From: Bacillota bacterium
Lineage (GTDB): Bacteria; Bacillota; JAAYKD01
Length of the DNA stretch: 64,000 nt
Assembly: GCA_963666425.2 (NCBI GenBank)
Contig: OY762825.2
Coordinates: 512,001 to 576,000, forward strand
Direction of reading: 5' to 3'
The notes beneath the pieces are model-generated. The model saw nothing but the letters and a program-made list of their open reading frames with translations, did no database searches and was not told the origin of the DNA. Of the stretch, positions 41,048 through 53,354 are shown piece by piece (position 1 is the stretch's first letter; each line of letters starts with the position of its first letter). The position numbers and the translations under genes are program-made.

Positions 41048-42799
41048 CTATTTTAGTTGCGCCTGGATATGGCTTTCGATGGCGTCAAAAGCCGGATCAA
41101 GGTCTTTTTCCGGAATGTATTTGGCTCGGGCAATTTCTACCCGCACCGGCAATTTGAGGATTTTTTCCAAGGCAAAGCCGCCGGCCATGGCCAGTTCCGA
41201 TTCCCGGTAGAAGAACAGGATCAGATGCAGCATGCGGAATTGCTTTTTCAGTGACGTGTAGGTATCGATTTCGTGGAAGGCGTTTTGATGTAAAAAGTCT
41301 TCCCGAATGGATTTGGCGGTTTCCAGGGTTAAGCGATCGGAGGGAGACAGTGCATCCAAACCAACCAAACGCACAATTTCATCCAATTCGGCTTCTCTTT
41401 GCAGCAGACGCATGGCATCGCGGCGGGAGTTGGCCCATTCCGCATTGACATGGCGGTCAAAGTAAGTATCCATGCGGTCGCTGTAGAGCGAATAGCTCTG
41501 CAGCCAGTCGATGGCGGGGAAATGGCGCGCTTCGGCGAGGCGGGCGGCCAGAGCCCAGAAAACTTTGACGATACGCAGAGTCGATTGCGCAACCGGTTCG
41601 GAAAGATCACCGCCGGGAGGTGAAACGGCGCCAATGGCGGATAGGGAGCCTTCGCTGCCGCCTAAGGTGACGACTTTACCGGCGCGTTCGTAGAATTCGG
41701 CCAGACGGGAACCCAGATAAGCCGGATAACCTTCTTCGCCGGGCATTTCTTCCAAACGGCCGGACATTTCACGCAGGGCTTCTGCCCAACGGGAAGTGGA
41801 GTCGGCCATTAAAGCGATGGAGTAACCCATATCGCGGTAGTATTCGGCAATGGTGATACCGGTATAGATGGAAGCCTCACGCGCTGCCACAGGCATGTTG
41901 GAGGTATTGGCAATTAAAACGGTACGTTCCATCAAGGGTTCGCCGGAGGTAGGATCTTTTAATTCGGGGAATTCCAGCAGAACATCGGTCATTTCGTTAC
42001 CGCGTTCACCGCAGCCAACATAGACGATGATCTGAGCTTCCGCCCATTTGGCCAGCTGATGCTGCACAACCGTCTTACCGGAGCCGAAAGGACCCGGAAC
42101 ACAGGCGGTGCCGCCTTTGGCGACCGGGAAAAACATATCAATAACACGCTGGCCGCTGGTCAGCGGTTCTGTGGGAGTAAGTTTTTGTTGATACGGCCGT
42201 GGACGGCGCACCGGCCAAAGCTGCAGCATGGCGATTTCTTTTTCGCCCTGTGCCGTTTGGATGCGGGCAATCGGTTCCACGACGGTGGCATCACCGGCAT
42301 GTAACCAGGTCAGGGTGCCGGAAACACCGGGCGGGACCATGATTTTATGCGATACCAAAACGGTTTCCTGCACGGTACCCAACGTCTGTCCGGCTTTTAC
42401 TTCGCTGCCAACAGTGGCAAGCGGTACAAACTGCCAGACTTTCTCGCGGTCGATGCTGTTCACCTGCACACCACGCGGAATGAAGTCGCCCGCAACAGCG
42501 CGGATCTTATCCAGCGGACGCTGAATCCCGTCATAAATGGAGCGCATCAGACCGGGAGCCAGTTCCACGGAAAGCGGTTCGCCGGTGGAAACCACAACTT
42601 CACCGGGGCCGAGGCCGGATGTCTCTTCGTAAACCTGAATGGAAGCCTGGTCGTTACGCATTTCAATGATTTCGCCGACCAGCTGTTGTTTGCCGACCTT
42701 GACCACGTCGTACATTTTGGCATCCTGCATGCCTTTGGCGACGACGAGAGGGCCGGATACTTTGATAATTGTTCCTTGCGACTGAGCAATATTTGCCAT
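41048..42799 (-). CDS. ntpA: V-type ATPase subunit A
   Basis: GPFGSGKT Walker [20 protein letters not shown]. Confidence 0.97.
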   Translation of the reverse strand: MANIAQSQGTIIKVSGPLVVAKGMQDAKMYDVVKVGKQQLVGEIIEMRNDQASIQVYEETSGLGPGEVVVSTGEPLSVELAPGLMRSIYDGIQRPLDKIRAVAGDFIPRGVQVNSIDREKVWQFVPLATVGSEVKAGQTLGTVQETVLVSHKIMVPPGVSGTLTWLHAGDATVVEPIARIQTAQGEKEIAMLQLWPVRRPRPYQQKLTPTEPLTSGQRVIDMFFPVAKGGTACVPGPFGSGKTVVQHQLAKWAEAQIIVYVGCGERGNEMTDVLLEFPELKDPTSGEPLMERTVLIANTSNMPVAAREASIYTGITIAEYYRDMGYSIALMADSTSRWAEALREMSGRLEEMPGEEGYPAYLGSRLAEFYERAGKVVTLGGSEGSLSAIGAVSPPGGDLSEPVAQSTLRIVKVFWALAARLAEARHFPAIDWLQSYSLYSDRMDTYFDRHVNAEWANSRRDAMRLLQREAELDEIVRLVGLDALSPSDRLTLETAKSIREDFLHQNAFHEIDTYTSLKKQFRMLHLILFFYRESELAMAGGFALEKILKLPVRVEIARAKYIPEKDLDPAFDAIESHIQAQLK

Positions 42800-43126
42800 C
42801 TATTTTCCCTCTTCCTTGAACAGAATGTCCGCACCGACGGCCTTCTCTACCATGCTGCGCATTCTCTTCATCCCGAGACCCAGATTGCCGCGGTTATCGG
42901 GTATGATGTTGATAACGGGCAGACTTCTCTCGCGGAATTCGCGCAAAAGATCAGGAACCAGGGCGTAGGTTCTTTCGGTCATGAAAATCAGAGCATAGTC
43001 TTCTTTCATGACGCTCTGCAATGCTGCAGTGGTGTCTTCACGGGTGATGACTTCGTAGGTTTCAAGACCCAAAGCCCTGAATCCCATGATCGTATCCCGA
43101 TCACCGATTAAGCCGATTTTATACAT
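42800..43126 (-). CDS. V-type ATPase subunit F
   Basis: MYKIGLIGDRDTIMGFRALG...EKAVGADI. Confidence 0.93.
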   Translation of the reverse strand: MYKIGLIGDRDTIMGFRALGLETYEVITREDTTAALQSVMKEDYALIFMTERTYALVPDLLREFRERSLPVINIIPDNRGNLGLGMKRMRSMVEKAVGADILFKEEGK

Positions 43127-44129
43127 AACTATCACGCAGCCTTTCGCGGATGACAGCGGTCGCGACATCATTGAGTTTCCCCACCATGATGATGCGGATG
43201 TTGCGGACTTCCGTCTCTTTCGCCATCAGGTAGCCGATGACCGGCTCCGGTCCGAGCGACAAGACTTTGGCCTGCTTGACCTGCTGCATGATTTTATCGT
43301 CGATCAGTTTTTCCAGCAGGGTCAGCTGACCCACGGCGAGAAAATCGACAATGCCTTCCTTGACCAAGGCGGCATGCGCCGTATTGGCAAAGCCTGTGAT
43401 GATCTGATCCCATTCCGCATCGACCAATTCCAGATACTTGGCCATGGGAATTGCACCGCCGGGCAAGAGCGATTCGTTGAGGTAATCTTTGTCTCTGCCC
43501 ATCCGTTTGGCGCGGATCATGCTGCGCAGGTTAGAAAGATCGATCTGATCGGTGATGATTTTAGCGTAGAAATCGTAGTGATTCTTTTTGGCTATGCTGG
43601 TTAAGGAACTATAGAGTTCCCGATCCAGGATCGTATCAATCACCTTGGGATCATTACTGGCAGCAAAGGCAAGACGTGCTTCGGCTGCCGCTTTGAGATA
43701 ACGCTCCGGCACCCCCGGGACTGTTTCGCCTTGGGCGACATATTTCATCAATTCAACCGGGACCAAACCAACGTCCATCAGAAGATGATCGAAGTTTTTT
43801 GCCTGATACGCGGCTTTTAATAAAACTTTGAGATTGTGAATGTCATATTTGACACAAAATAAATCGGTCAGCGGTTCATTGGGCAGCATTTTACGAATCA
43901 GTTCGTAAACTCTGCGAATTTCACCCGTGGTGACCAATTCAAACTGATGCGGATTCTTGGCCATCGCCACCAGGTCTGCGTATTCAGTTTCTGCCAAAAC
44001 ATGAAAGGCTTCTTCCGGGGTTTTGGCTTCCAGCATTCGCTGCATTTTGGCCTGATCCAGGAGCTTCATTTCCAGCACCCGGATTCGTCCAACAGCATAC
44101 GCAAACTTAGAGTCCTGTGACACAGCCAT
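43119..44129 (-). CDS. ntpC: V-type ATPase subunit C
   Basis: YAVGRIRVLE, KYDIHNLK, EVRNIRII..GK, RERLR. Confidence 0.93.
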   Translation of the reverse strand: MAVSQDSKFAYAVGRIRVLEMKLLDQAKMQRMLEAKTPEEAFHVLAETEYADLVAMAKNPHQFELVTTGEIRRVYELIRKMLPNEPLTDLFCVKYDIHNLKVLLKAAYQAKNFDHLLMDVGLVPVELMKYVAQGETVPGVPERYLKAAAEARLAFAASNDPKVIDTILDRELYSSLTSIAKKNHYDFYAKIITDQIDLSNLRSMIRAKRMGRDKDYLNESLLPGGAIPMAKYLELVDAEWDQIITGFANTAHAALVKEGIVDFLAVGQLTLLEKLIDDKIMQQVKQAKVLSLGPEPVIGYLMAKETEVRNIRIIMVGKLNDVATAVIRERLRDSYV

Positions 44130-44209
44130 GCCATCAACTCCTTCGTCAGCAGCCAAACCGCAATCGCAATCGCAATTGCAGCCGGTCTGATGACAGCATT
44201 TTCATTTCT

Positions 44210-44815
44210 TTATTCGTTTTGACCGAAGAGAATTTTGACCACTTGCGGTTCCAATTCGTCGCGGATCTCTTTGATCAAAGCCGGATAAGTGGCGTTGATT
44301 TCAATGTCTTCCGCTTTCAGGATAAAACCACCACCGGTACTGCCGGTTTGTTCCGACAGCTTTAAGCCAGCTTTACGGCCGCTCATCATCAGCGCCAGGT
44401 TCACCTTGGCTAAAAATGTCAGGTTATAGAGCTTACGATCCTGCTCTTCCACCACAATTTCTTCGTTACCGGTGACAGCCGCTTCCAATAAGAGTTGTTT
44501 CAGTAATTCCTGACTCTCCTCTTGAGGTAAGGCACGCAGTTCTACCAGTGCTCGGTCAAAGGACCCTTGAATTACTTCCTGCTGCGCTAAAAGCCTGCTT
44601 TTGCGGGCTTCCAATTTGGCGATGGAAAGAAGAGGCAGCTCGTATTCATCCGCCTCGAGATTTGCTTGCTGTAGGATTTGCTGACGACGGATTTCTGCTT
44701 CATCCTGTCCCTGCTGCCGGATTGCTGCTGCGCGCATCTGGGCTTCGGAAATCAGTCGGGAGCCTTCTGTCTGACCGTCGAGGATGATTTTGCTTAAAAT
44801 ACTTTCTAAGGACAT
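44210..44815 (-). CDS. ntpE: V-type ATPase subunit E
   Basis: Coiled-coil N-terminus, GGFIL, operon position. Confidence 0.88.
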   Translation of the reverse strand: MSLESILSKIILDGQTEGSRLISEAQMRAAAIRQQGQDEAEIRRQQILQQANLEADEYELPLLSIAKLEARKSRLLAQQEVIQGSFDRALVELRALPQEESQELLKQLLLEAAVTGNEEIVVEEQDRKLYNLTFLAKVNLALMMSGRKAGLKLSEQTGSTGGGFILKAEDIEINATYPALIKEIRDELEPQVVKILFGQNE

Positions 44816-44887
44816 CTGACCAACCCCTTCAGGTAAACCGTGCTGTCATTGCAGCAACGGATTTGCCCTTTACTTTATTTGATCCTG

Positions 44888-47442
<2,555 letters not shown>

Positions 47443-47456
<14 letters not shown>

Positions 47457-47766
47457 CGCGCTTCACCATCCTTTCCTTAATCAATGCAATTGCTTCGGGA
47501 ATATGCTGCTCCGCACCGGAGACGATCTGACGTCTTGTTTCCTGGTTTTCCAGACTGATCGACTGTAATTTCTCTTCTACGAGAGTCTTACGTTCAGATA
47601 ACAAATGCTCTGCTTCGCTGCGCGCTTGCTCAATGGTTTTTTCCAACTTGAGTGCTGATTCTGTTTTGGCGTGATAGATCAGTTCTTCAGCCTCTGTTTT
47701 GGCTTTTTCCACCGTGGTTGCTGCTTCCTGCTCGGCATTTTTCACCTGACGGAGTATTTCTTTCAT
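47443..47766 (-). CDS. V-type ATPase peripheral stalk subunit (G/H)
   Basis: Charged coiled-coil protein at the start of the operon. Confidence 0.8.
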
Positions 47767-47918
47767 AGATACCTCACCACCTTTCCTGCTCCATTTGAAG
47801 TATTAAAGAAAATGAAATTCAGGATCCTCCTCGAGGATCGGTTACACAAAAAATTCGACAAAGCCAGTCAGACTAATAAAAACGATACAATTATACCGAT
47901 AATTCGATATCGATTCAT

Positions 47919-48094
47919 AAAAAAAGATGGACTGAAGAAGCAGCACCCCTCCCGTCCATCCTGAATTGGCTGAGTTGTTAGGATCGCTCCATGCACTCAA
48001 AAACTGACCGCCTTTGCTGTGAGAAAAAGAATTATGATGTCGTGATAAAAATAAGAGACAAGATATAATACCTTGACGCAAGAGACTTTGTCAA
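47919..48094 (-). promoter_or_regulatory. V-ATPase leader: promoter, candidate riboswitch aptamer and terminator
   Basis: TTGACA near 48094; structured segment 47968-48012; gatggac/gtccatc stem + U7 (47919-47960). Confidence 0.55.
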
Positions 48095-48169
48095 GTTCTA
48101 TTATTTGATATTTTGAGTGTTCTACCCGAATTTGCAAGATTCTTTCAATTGCCGTTTTTGGGGCGCAGC

Positions 48170-48958
48170 AATGGGGCGGCGGAGTGGCGGAGACGGGGTA
48201 CGCGGAAGGGTTCTGTGGGATAGCAGTTGCATTTTCAGCACTAAGCGATGGAATAATGATTGCATAGCGCATAACGATGGAATGGCGCCAGAACATCCAT
48301 CACATTTTCAGCGCCATGCGATGGAATAATGATTGCATAACGCAAAACAATGAAGCTACACCAGGACGGGGCACGCGGAACGGTCAAGACCGTTCCCTAC
48401 CTTGCGAGTTGGTTGAAGTAACACCGCAATGTAATGAAGCTACGCCGGGAACGCAGGGACGCCGGGACGGGGCACGCGGAACGGTCAAGACCGTTCCCTA
48501 CCTTGCGAGTTGGTTGAAGTAACACCACAAAACAATGAAGCTACGCCAAAACGGGTTACGCGGAACGGTCAAGACCGTTCCCTACCTTGCGAGTTGGTTG
48601 AAGTAACATCGCAATGTTGCGTGTAGGTTGAAGTAACACCGCAATACAATGAAGCTACGCCGGGACGGGGCACGCGGAACGGTCAAGACCGTTCCCTACC
48701 TTGCGAGTTGGTTGAAGTAATACCGCAATGTAATGAAGCTACGCCGGGGCATCCACCACATTTTCAGCACCAAGCGATGGAATAATGATTGCATAACGCA
48801 ATTGCAGGTTGGAGCAATGGAATAATGATTGCATAGCACGAAATAGGTTGGAGCAAATGTAGGGAACGGTCTTGACCGTTCCGCACGGTTCAATTAACAC
48901 CGCAGAACGATAGAGTTACGCCAGGACGGGGCACGCGGAACGGTCAAGACCGTTCCCT
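48170..48958. repeat. REP cluster H (6 REPs, last one split by IS110; cluster flank resumes at 50455-50535)
   Basis: 48375>, 48476>, 48560>, 48674>, <48859, 48935>; flank cttgcgagttggttgaagtaac. Confidence 0.92.
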
Positions 48959-49064
48959 CGTATATACTAGTAGTGCCAAGGTAACTCATTTACAGGGTAC
49001 AGGAAGCGAGCCAAAGCCACTCTTTAAGTATCCAAGGGGTTTGCCCTTTGTGGTATAATTTTGT

Positions 49065-49200
49065 CAGGCAGAGGTCAACGTACTGTTCCCTGGGAATCGT
49101 TCCTGTGATGTAGAGTGTTGCCTCTGATCTGACAGAAATCTGCGTATTGGCTGGATAGGGTAAAATCCTTGTATTTCACGCGAGGTTGCAGCTGTCAGCG
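49065..49200 (+). ncRNA. Putative IS110 bridge RNA (target-binding and donor-binding loops)
   Basis: Two stem-enclosed internal loops with guides CTGTTCCCT/GTAG (REP target) and TGGCTGG/CGAG (donor junction). Confidence 0.78.
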
Positions 49201-49248
49201 TCAGAGAGATCATCCTTTGCCGCATTCCAGTTTGAGGAGTTGCTGTAA

Positions 49249-50421
49249 ATGATTACTTTTGGCGTAGACATCGGTAAATTCCGTCACCAGGCGATCGCGG
49301 TGGACGCCAGTGGTCAAGCGCTGGCTCCCTCGTTTGCATTTGAAAATTCCGAAGAGGGCTTTCAATTGTTTTTGCAGAAGGTCGCTTTTTACCAAAAGCA
49401 AGATGCAATTTGCGTCGGCATGGAAGCCACCGGTCATTACTGGCTGAATTTTTATTGTGTTTTACTCGATTTAGGAATTGAATTGCATGTGGTCAATCCC
49501 CTGCTCACCGACGCCATACGGCGCATGTCTGTCCGTAAAACCAAGACGGATACGGTGGATTGCGGTTATATCGCGGATGTGATCCGCATGGGACGTTATT
49601 CCGACGTAGCGGTACAAACGGAGGATGTCCAGAATTTACGCGAGTTATGCCGTTTCCGCTGTTCTCTGGTTGATGAGATTGCAAAGCACAAAAACCATGT
49701 AATTGGCGTGCTGGATCACCTTTTTCCGGAATATCACAAGCTGTTTTCAGATATTTTCGGTAAAACTTCGCTGGAGTTGCTCAGCAAGTATCCGTCACCG
49801 GATGCCATTCTGAAGCTCGGTACAAAGCGGTTGGCTGATTTTTTAGCGAAGCATTCCCGCGGCAGTTTCGGTGAGGAAAAAGCGCTCGAGATCCGCAGCG
49901 CCTGCAGACACACTGTTGGTGTGAATAGAGCGAACGCTGCTCTATGCTTTGAATTACACCAAACCGTGGATCTGATTCAATTCATTGAAGAACAGATTGA
50001 CGCAATTGAGAATAAGATTGAGCAGATCTATTCCCAATGTGAATGCTATCTGGATACCATTATTGGTGTTGGAGTCACCTCGGCTGCGGTGATCTACTCG
50101 GAAATCGGCAATATTGATAATTTCGAAAATCCAAAGAAATTGGCGGCATTTGCCGGTATTGACCCTTCGATTAAGCAATCCGGTAATTTCACTTCAACGC
50201 ACAACACGATGTCGAAGCGAGGCTCACCTTATCTGCGCAGAGCGCTCTGGAATGCCGCAACGGTTGCCGCGCAAAAAGATCCGGTCATGTCTGCTTTTTA
50301 CCAGAAGAAACGCGACGAAGGAAAAGATTATATGACGGCAATTGGAGCTGTTACACATAAATTATGCAACATTGTTTTCGCTGTTTTAAGGGATAAAAAG
50401 CCTTATGTTCCCAGAATATAA
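49249..50421 (+). CDS. IS110-family DEDD recombinase/transposase
   Basis: GVDIGK, MEATGHY, KTDTVD, AFAGIDP..KQSG (catalytic Ser), SKRGSPYLR. Confidence 0.96.
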   Translation: MITFGVDIGKFRHQAIAVDASGQALAPSFAFENSEEGFQLFLQKVAFYQKQDAICVGMEATGHYWLNFYCVLLDLGIELHVVNPLLTDAIRRMSVRKTKTDTVDCGYIADVIRMGRYSDVAVQTEDVQNLRELCRFRCSLVDEIAKHKNHVIGVLDHLFPEYHKLFSDIFGKTSLELLSKYPSPDAILKLGTKRLADFLAKHSRGSFGEEKALEIRSACRHTVGVNRANAALCFELHQTVDLIQFIEEQIDAIENKIEQIYSQCECYLDTIIGVGVTSAAVIYSEIGNIDNFENPKKLAAFAGIDPSIKQSGNFTSTHNTMSKRGSPYLRRALWNAATVAAQKDPVMSAFYQKKRDEGKDYMTAIGAVTHKLCNIVFAVLRDKKPYVPRI

Positions 50422-50541
50422 TTTTCGTTTTGCCACTTGACGTTTGATAGCTGGCTACCTTGCGAGTTGGTTGAAGTAACACCGCAATATTGCGAGTTGG
50501 TTGAAGTAACGCCGTAAAACGATGAAGCTACGCCTTATCCC

Positions 50542-51921
50542 TTACGCGACGATACTTCTCACCCAGCTGTCGGTTCTCAGCATGATAAAACCGATGACCG
50601 ATTTGATACCGTCGGCCATGTTCACGATCAGGTAAACAGTCACAATCGGCAGTAAGGTATAGCGTGAAAGAAAAAAGGCCAAAGGGACGCTGACGATACA
50701 GGTGAAAACACTGTCAAAGAAAAAGGTGATGATCGTTTTGCCGCCGGAGCGCAGTGTAAAGTAAACACTGTGGTTAAAGGCGTGCAGCGGGAAGGCCATG
50801 GCCGACACAATCAGGAAGCTGGATGCCATTTGGCGAACCGCAGCTTCTGTATTATAAATCAGCGGAATATAGGAAGAAAACAGGGCTAATAGACAACCCA
50901 GCACCACGGAAGTGCCGACATTGAGGAAAATCAATTTATGATCGGTATCTTTGGCTTTAGCGAAATCACCAGCTCCCAACTGCTGCCCGACCAAAACGCC
51001 AACCGCATTGCCCATCGCCATAAAAAAGATGGCAAATAGTTGAGAAATCGTGGATGAAATATTCAGCGCGGCTACCACTGTGATACCGCGGAAGGCATAG
51101 TTGGCGGTGAGTGAGGCAGTCGCGATCGACCAGACAAATTCGTTGAGCAGTAAGGGAGAACCTTTGATGGCAATGCCTTTGAGGATTTTCGCCGGGATGT
51201 AGGCACTTTGGAAGGCTTTACGCACAAAGTAGAAATTGTCTCGCTGCAGCCAGGTTGCCCCAACAATGAAACCTGCTTCTACCAAACGGGATATTACGGT
51301 GGCTATGGCGGCTCCCTCTACGCCCAAACGCGGGAAACCGAAGCTGCCAAAAATGAGCAGGTAGTTGCCGACCAAGTTGGTCAAAACAGCCAGGATGCTG
51401 CCGGTCATGGCAATGACGGTGTTGCCGCTTTCACGTAAGGTGGAAGAAAAACATTGCGAAATCACAAATGGCACGATACCCCAAAGCATGATCTTGAGAT
51501 ATTGCCTGGCTAACGTCATGGTTAACGCCAGATCCGCCGCGTCCCCCGCTGTCTCATTCAGGAAGAGATGAATCAATTGCGTGTCCCAAATATTGAAGAC
51601 CAAAATCGCCGCAAAACAAATGGCAATACCAAAGAGAATTTTGTAGCGGAATGTGTGCATGACGCCTTCGTAATCCTTGCGGCCAAAGAATTGAGCCGAG
51701 AAAATAGAGGCGCCGGAAAGTCCACCGAAAATTGTAACATTTAAGACGAAGAAAAATTGACTGCAGATTGCCACGGCAGAAATCGCTTCTGTGCCGAGCC
51801 GACCCACCATGACATTATCCAGTAAATTGACAATACTGGTGATTCCTTGCTGAATGATCATGGGAACGACCAGCAGCAGGACCATCTTATAAAAGGCTTT
51901 ATTACCGATAAATTTTTTCAT
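50542..51921 (-). CDS. MATE family efflux transporter
   Basis: DNVMVGRLG, About 12 TM, GVEGAAIATVISR. Confidence 0.93.
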   Translation of the reverse strand: MKKFIGNKAFYKMVLLLVVPMIIQQGITSIVNLLDNVMVGRLGTEAISAVAICSQFFFVLNVTIFGGLSGASIFSAQFFGRKDYEGVMHTFRYKILFGIAICFAAILVFNIWDTQLIHLFLNETAGDAADLALTMTLARQYLKIMLWGIVPFVISQCFSSTLRESGNTVIAMTGSILAVLTNLVGNYLLIFGSFGFPRLGVEGAAIATVISRLVEAGFIVGATWLQRDNFYFVRKAFQSAYIPAKILKGIAIKGSPLLLNEFVWSIATASLTANYAFRGITVVAALNISSTISQLFAIFFMAMGNAVGVLVGQQLGAGDFAKAKDTDHKLIFLNVGTSVVLGCLLALFSSYIPLIYNTEAAVRQMASSFLIVSAMAFPLHAFNHSVYFTLRSGGKTIITFFFDSVFTCIVSVPLAFFLSRYTLLPIVTVYLIVNMADGIKSVIGFIMLRTDSWVRSIVA

Positions 51922-51927
51922 AACTAC

Positions 51928-53112
51928 CTACATTTCTATTTTTGCCAGTGCCTGATCTAAATCAGCAATTAAGCTGTCTACATCCTCCAGACCGACATGA
52001 ATGCGGACCAGATTCGCCGGGCAATCTACTTTGGCGGCTTGTTCTTCGCTCAAGCCAACCGTGTTGCCGTGAATCAAGCTTTCAAAGCCGCCCCAGCTGA
52101 CGCCATATTGGAACAGTTTGCAGGAATAGATGAATTCCTGAATCTGTTCGGTGCTGCCGTGGGGTACGATGCTGATCAAGCCGTTTGTGCCGCTGAGATA
52201 TTGATTAAATAAGTCTTGTTGTTCGTAACTGGCAGACCCTGGATAAAACACTTGTTTCACTTTGGGGTGTTGTTCCAGAAATTGTGCCACTTTCAAGCCA
52301 CTTTTGCCGTGCTGCGCCAAACGCACCGGCAGCGTCCGCAAACCGCGGATCAGGAGCCACGCCTGATGCGGATCCATGTTGGAGCCGTAGAGTTCGCGTT
52401 CGTTATGTTGAATGCTTTCAATGATTTCGGCATTGGCGGCCAGAGCGCCGGCGACAATATCACTGTGACCGCCCATATATTTGGAAGCGGTATGGCAGGA
52501 GATGTCGATGCCGTATTGCAAGGGGTGCTGATGCAGCGGCGTAGCGTAAGTATTGTCGATCACCGTTCCGATCTGATGCGCTTTGGCAATTTTGGCGACA
52601 GCAGCCAGATCCTGCATGCGGAAAACGCTGCTGGAGGGGCTTTCCAGGTAAATCAGGGCGGTGTTCGGCTGAATTGCCTGTTCAATGTCCTCCACGTCAC
52701 TGCCTCTGACTGCAGTGTAAGTCAGTCCGATGCGATTCGCCAAGTAACCGGTGATAAAGCTGCGGGTAGGACCGTAGCTGGAAGCGACATAGACGACATG
52801 GCTGTCTTTTCTGACAAAATGCATGATAGCAGATGAGATGGCCGCCATCCCGGAGCTGAAACAGAGCGCACCTTCCGCGCCTTCCAGAGCAGCGATTTTC
52901 TTTTCGGCAATCTCAATGGTGGGATTGCTGACCCGCGTATAAGCATAACCCGTATCCGGTACACCGTTATACGGAGTTGGTTTGACAAATAAGGAGTTCT
53001 GAAAGATCGGCGGTACAATGGAACCCAGATATTGTGCGTAGTCATCTCCCAGATGGGTGCAGATATCATCAACGGAATGAAAAGTACGGTCTTTTGCGCT
53101 CAAAATAGCCAA
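51928..53112 (-). CDS. Cys/Met metabolism PLP-dependent lyase (trans-sulfuration family)
   Basis: YTRVSNPT, SSGMAAI, DNTYATP, TASKYMGGHSD, RIHVGLED. Confidence 0.9.
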   Translation of the reverse strand: MAILSAKDRTFHSVDDICTHLGDDYAQYLGSIVPPIFQNSLFVKPTPYNGVPDTGYAYTRVSNPTIEIAEKKIAALEGAEGALCFSSGMAAISSAIMHFVRKDSHVVYVASSYGPTRSFITGYLANRIGLTYTAVRGSDVEDIEQAIQPNTALIYLESPSSSVFRMQDLAAVAKIAKAHQIGTVIDNTYATPLHQHPLQYGIDISCHTASKYMGGHSDIVAGALAANAEIIESIQHNERELYGSNMDPHQAWLLIRGLRTLPVRLAQHGKSGLKVAQFLEQHPKVKQVFYPGSASYEQQDLFNQYLSGTNGLISIVPHGSTEQIQEFIYSCKLFQYGVSWGGFESLIHGNTVGLSEEQAAKVDCPANLVRIHVGLEDVDSLIADLDQALAKIEM

Positions 53113-53354
53113 AATAAAAAGCCTCCCCGCAATATGATCTTTTTCTCTCTGTCATCCTTGATTTTTCTCACTTTGTGAATCAAGTGATCCTTTTTCAATT
53201 CTGGATGAGAAGGAAATTTCCTCCCATCTGCCAGAAAAAAATTAAAATGTTTGCGAATTAAAGTTTCTTATTCGATGAAGCGGCAAAAAGGCCGGAACAG
53301 ATTTGTTCCGACCTTTCAGAGCTGATGACTGCGATTACCTCGGCAGCAAAACCA

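Larger units (their letters stand above)
48957..50456 (+). mobile_element. IS110-family insertion sequence inserted in a REP at a CT core
   Basis: ...gaccgttccCT|cgtatatac ... gatagctgg|CTaccttgcgag; removing 48959-50456 restores REP plus its normal flank; no TIRs. Confidence 0.93.

Noticed and set aside
26515-43604. Long plus-strand ORFs (e.g. 26515-27288, 42347-43111, 43086-43604)
   Set aside because: Antisense shadows of well-conserved minus-strand genes
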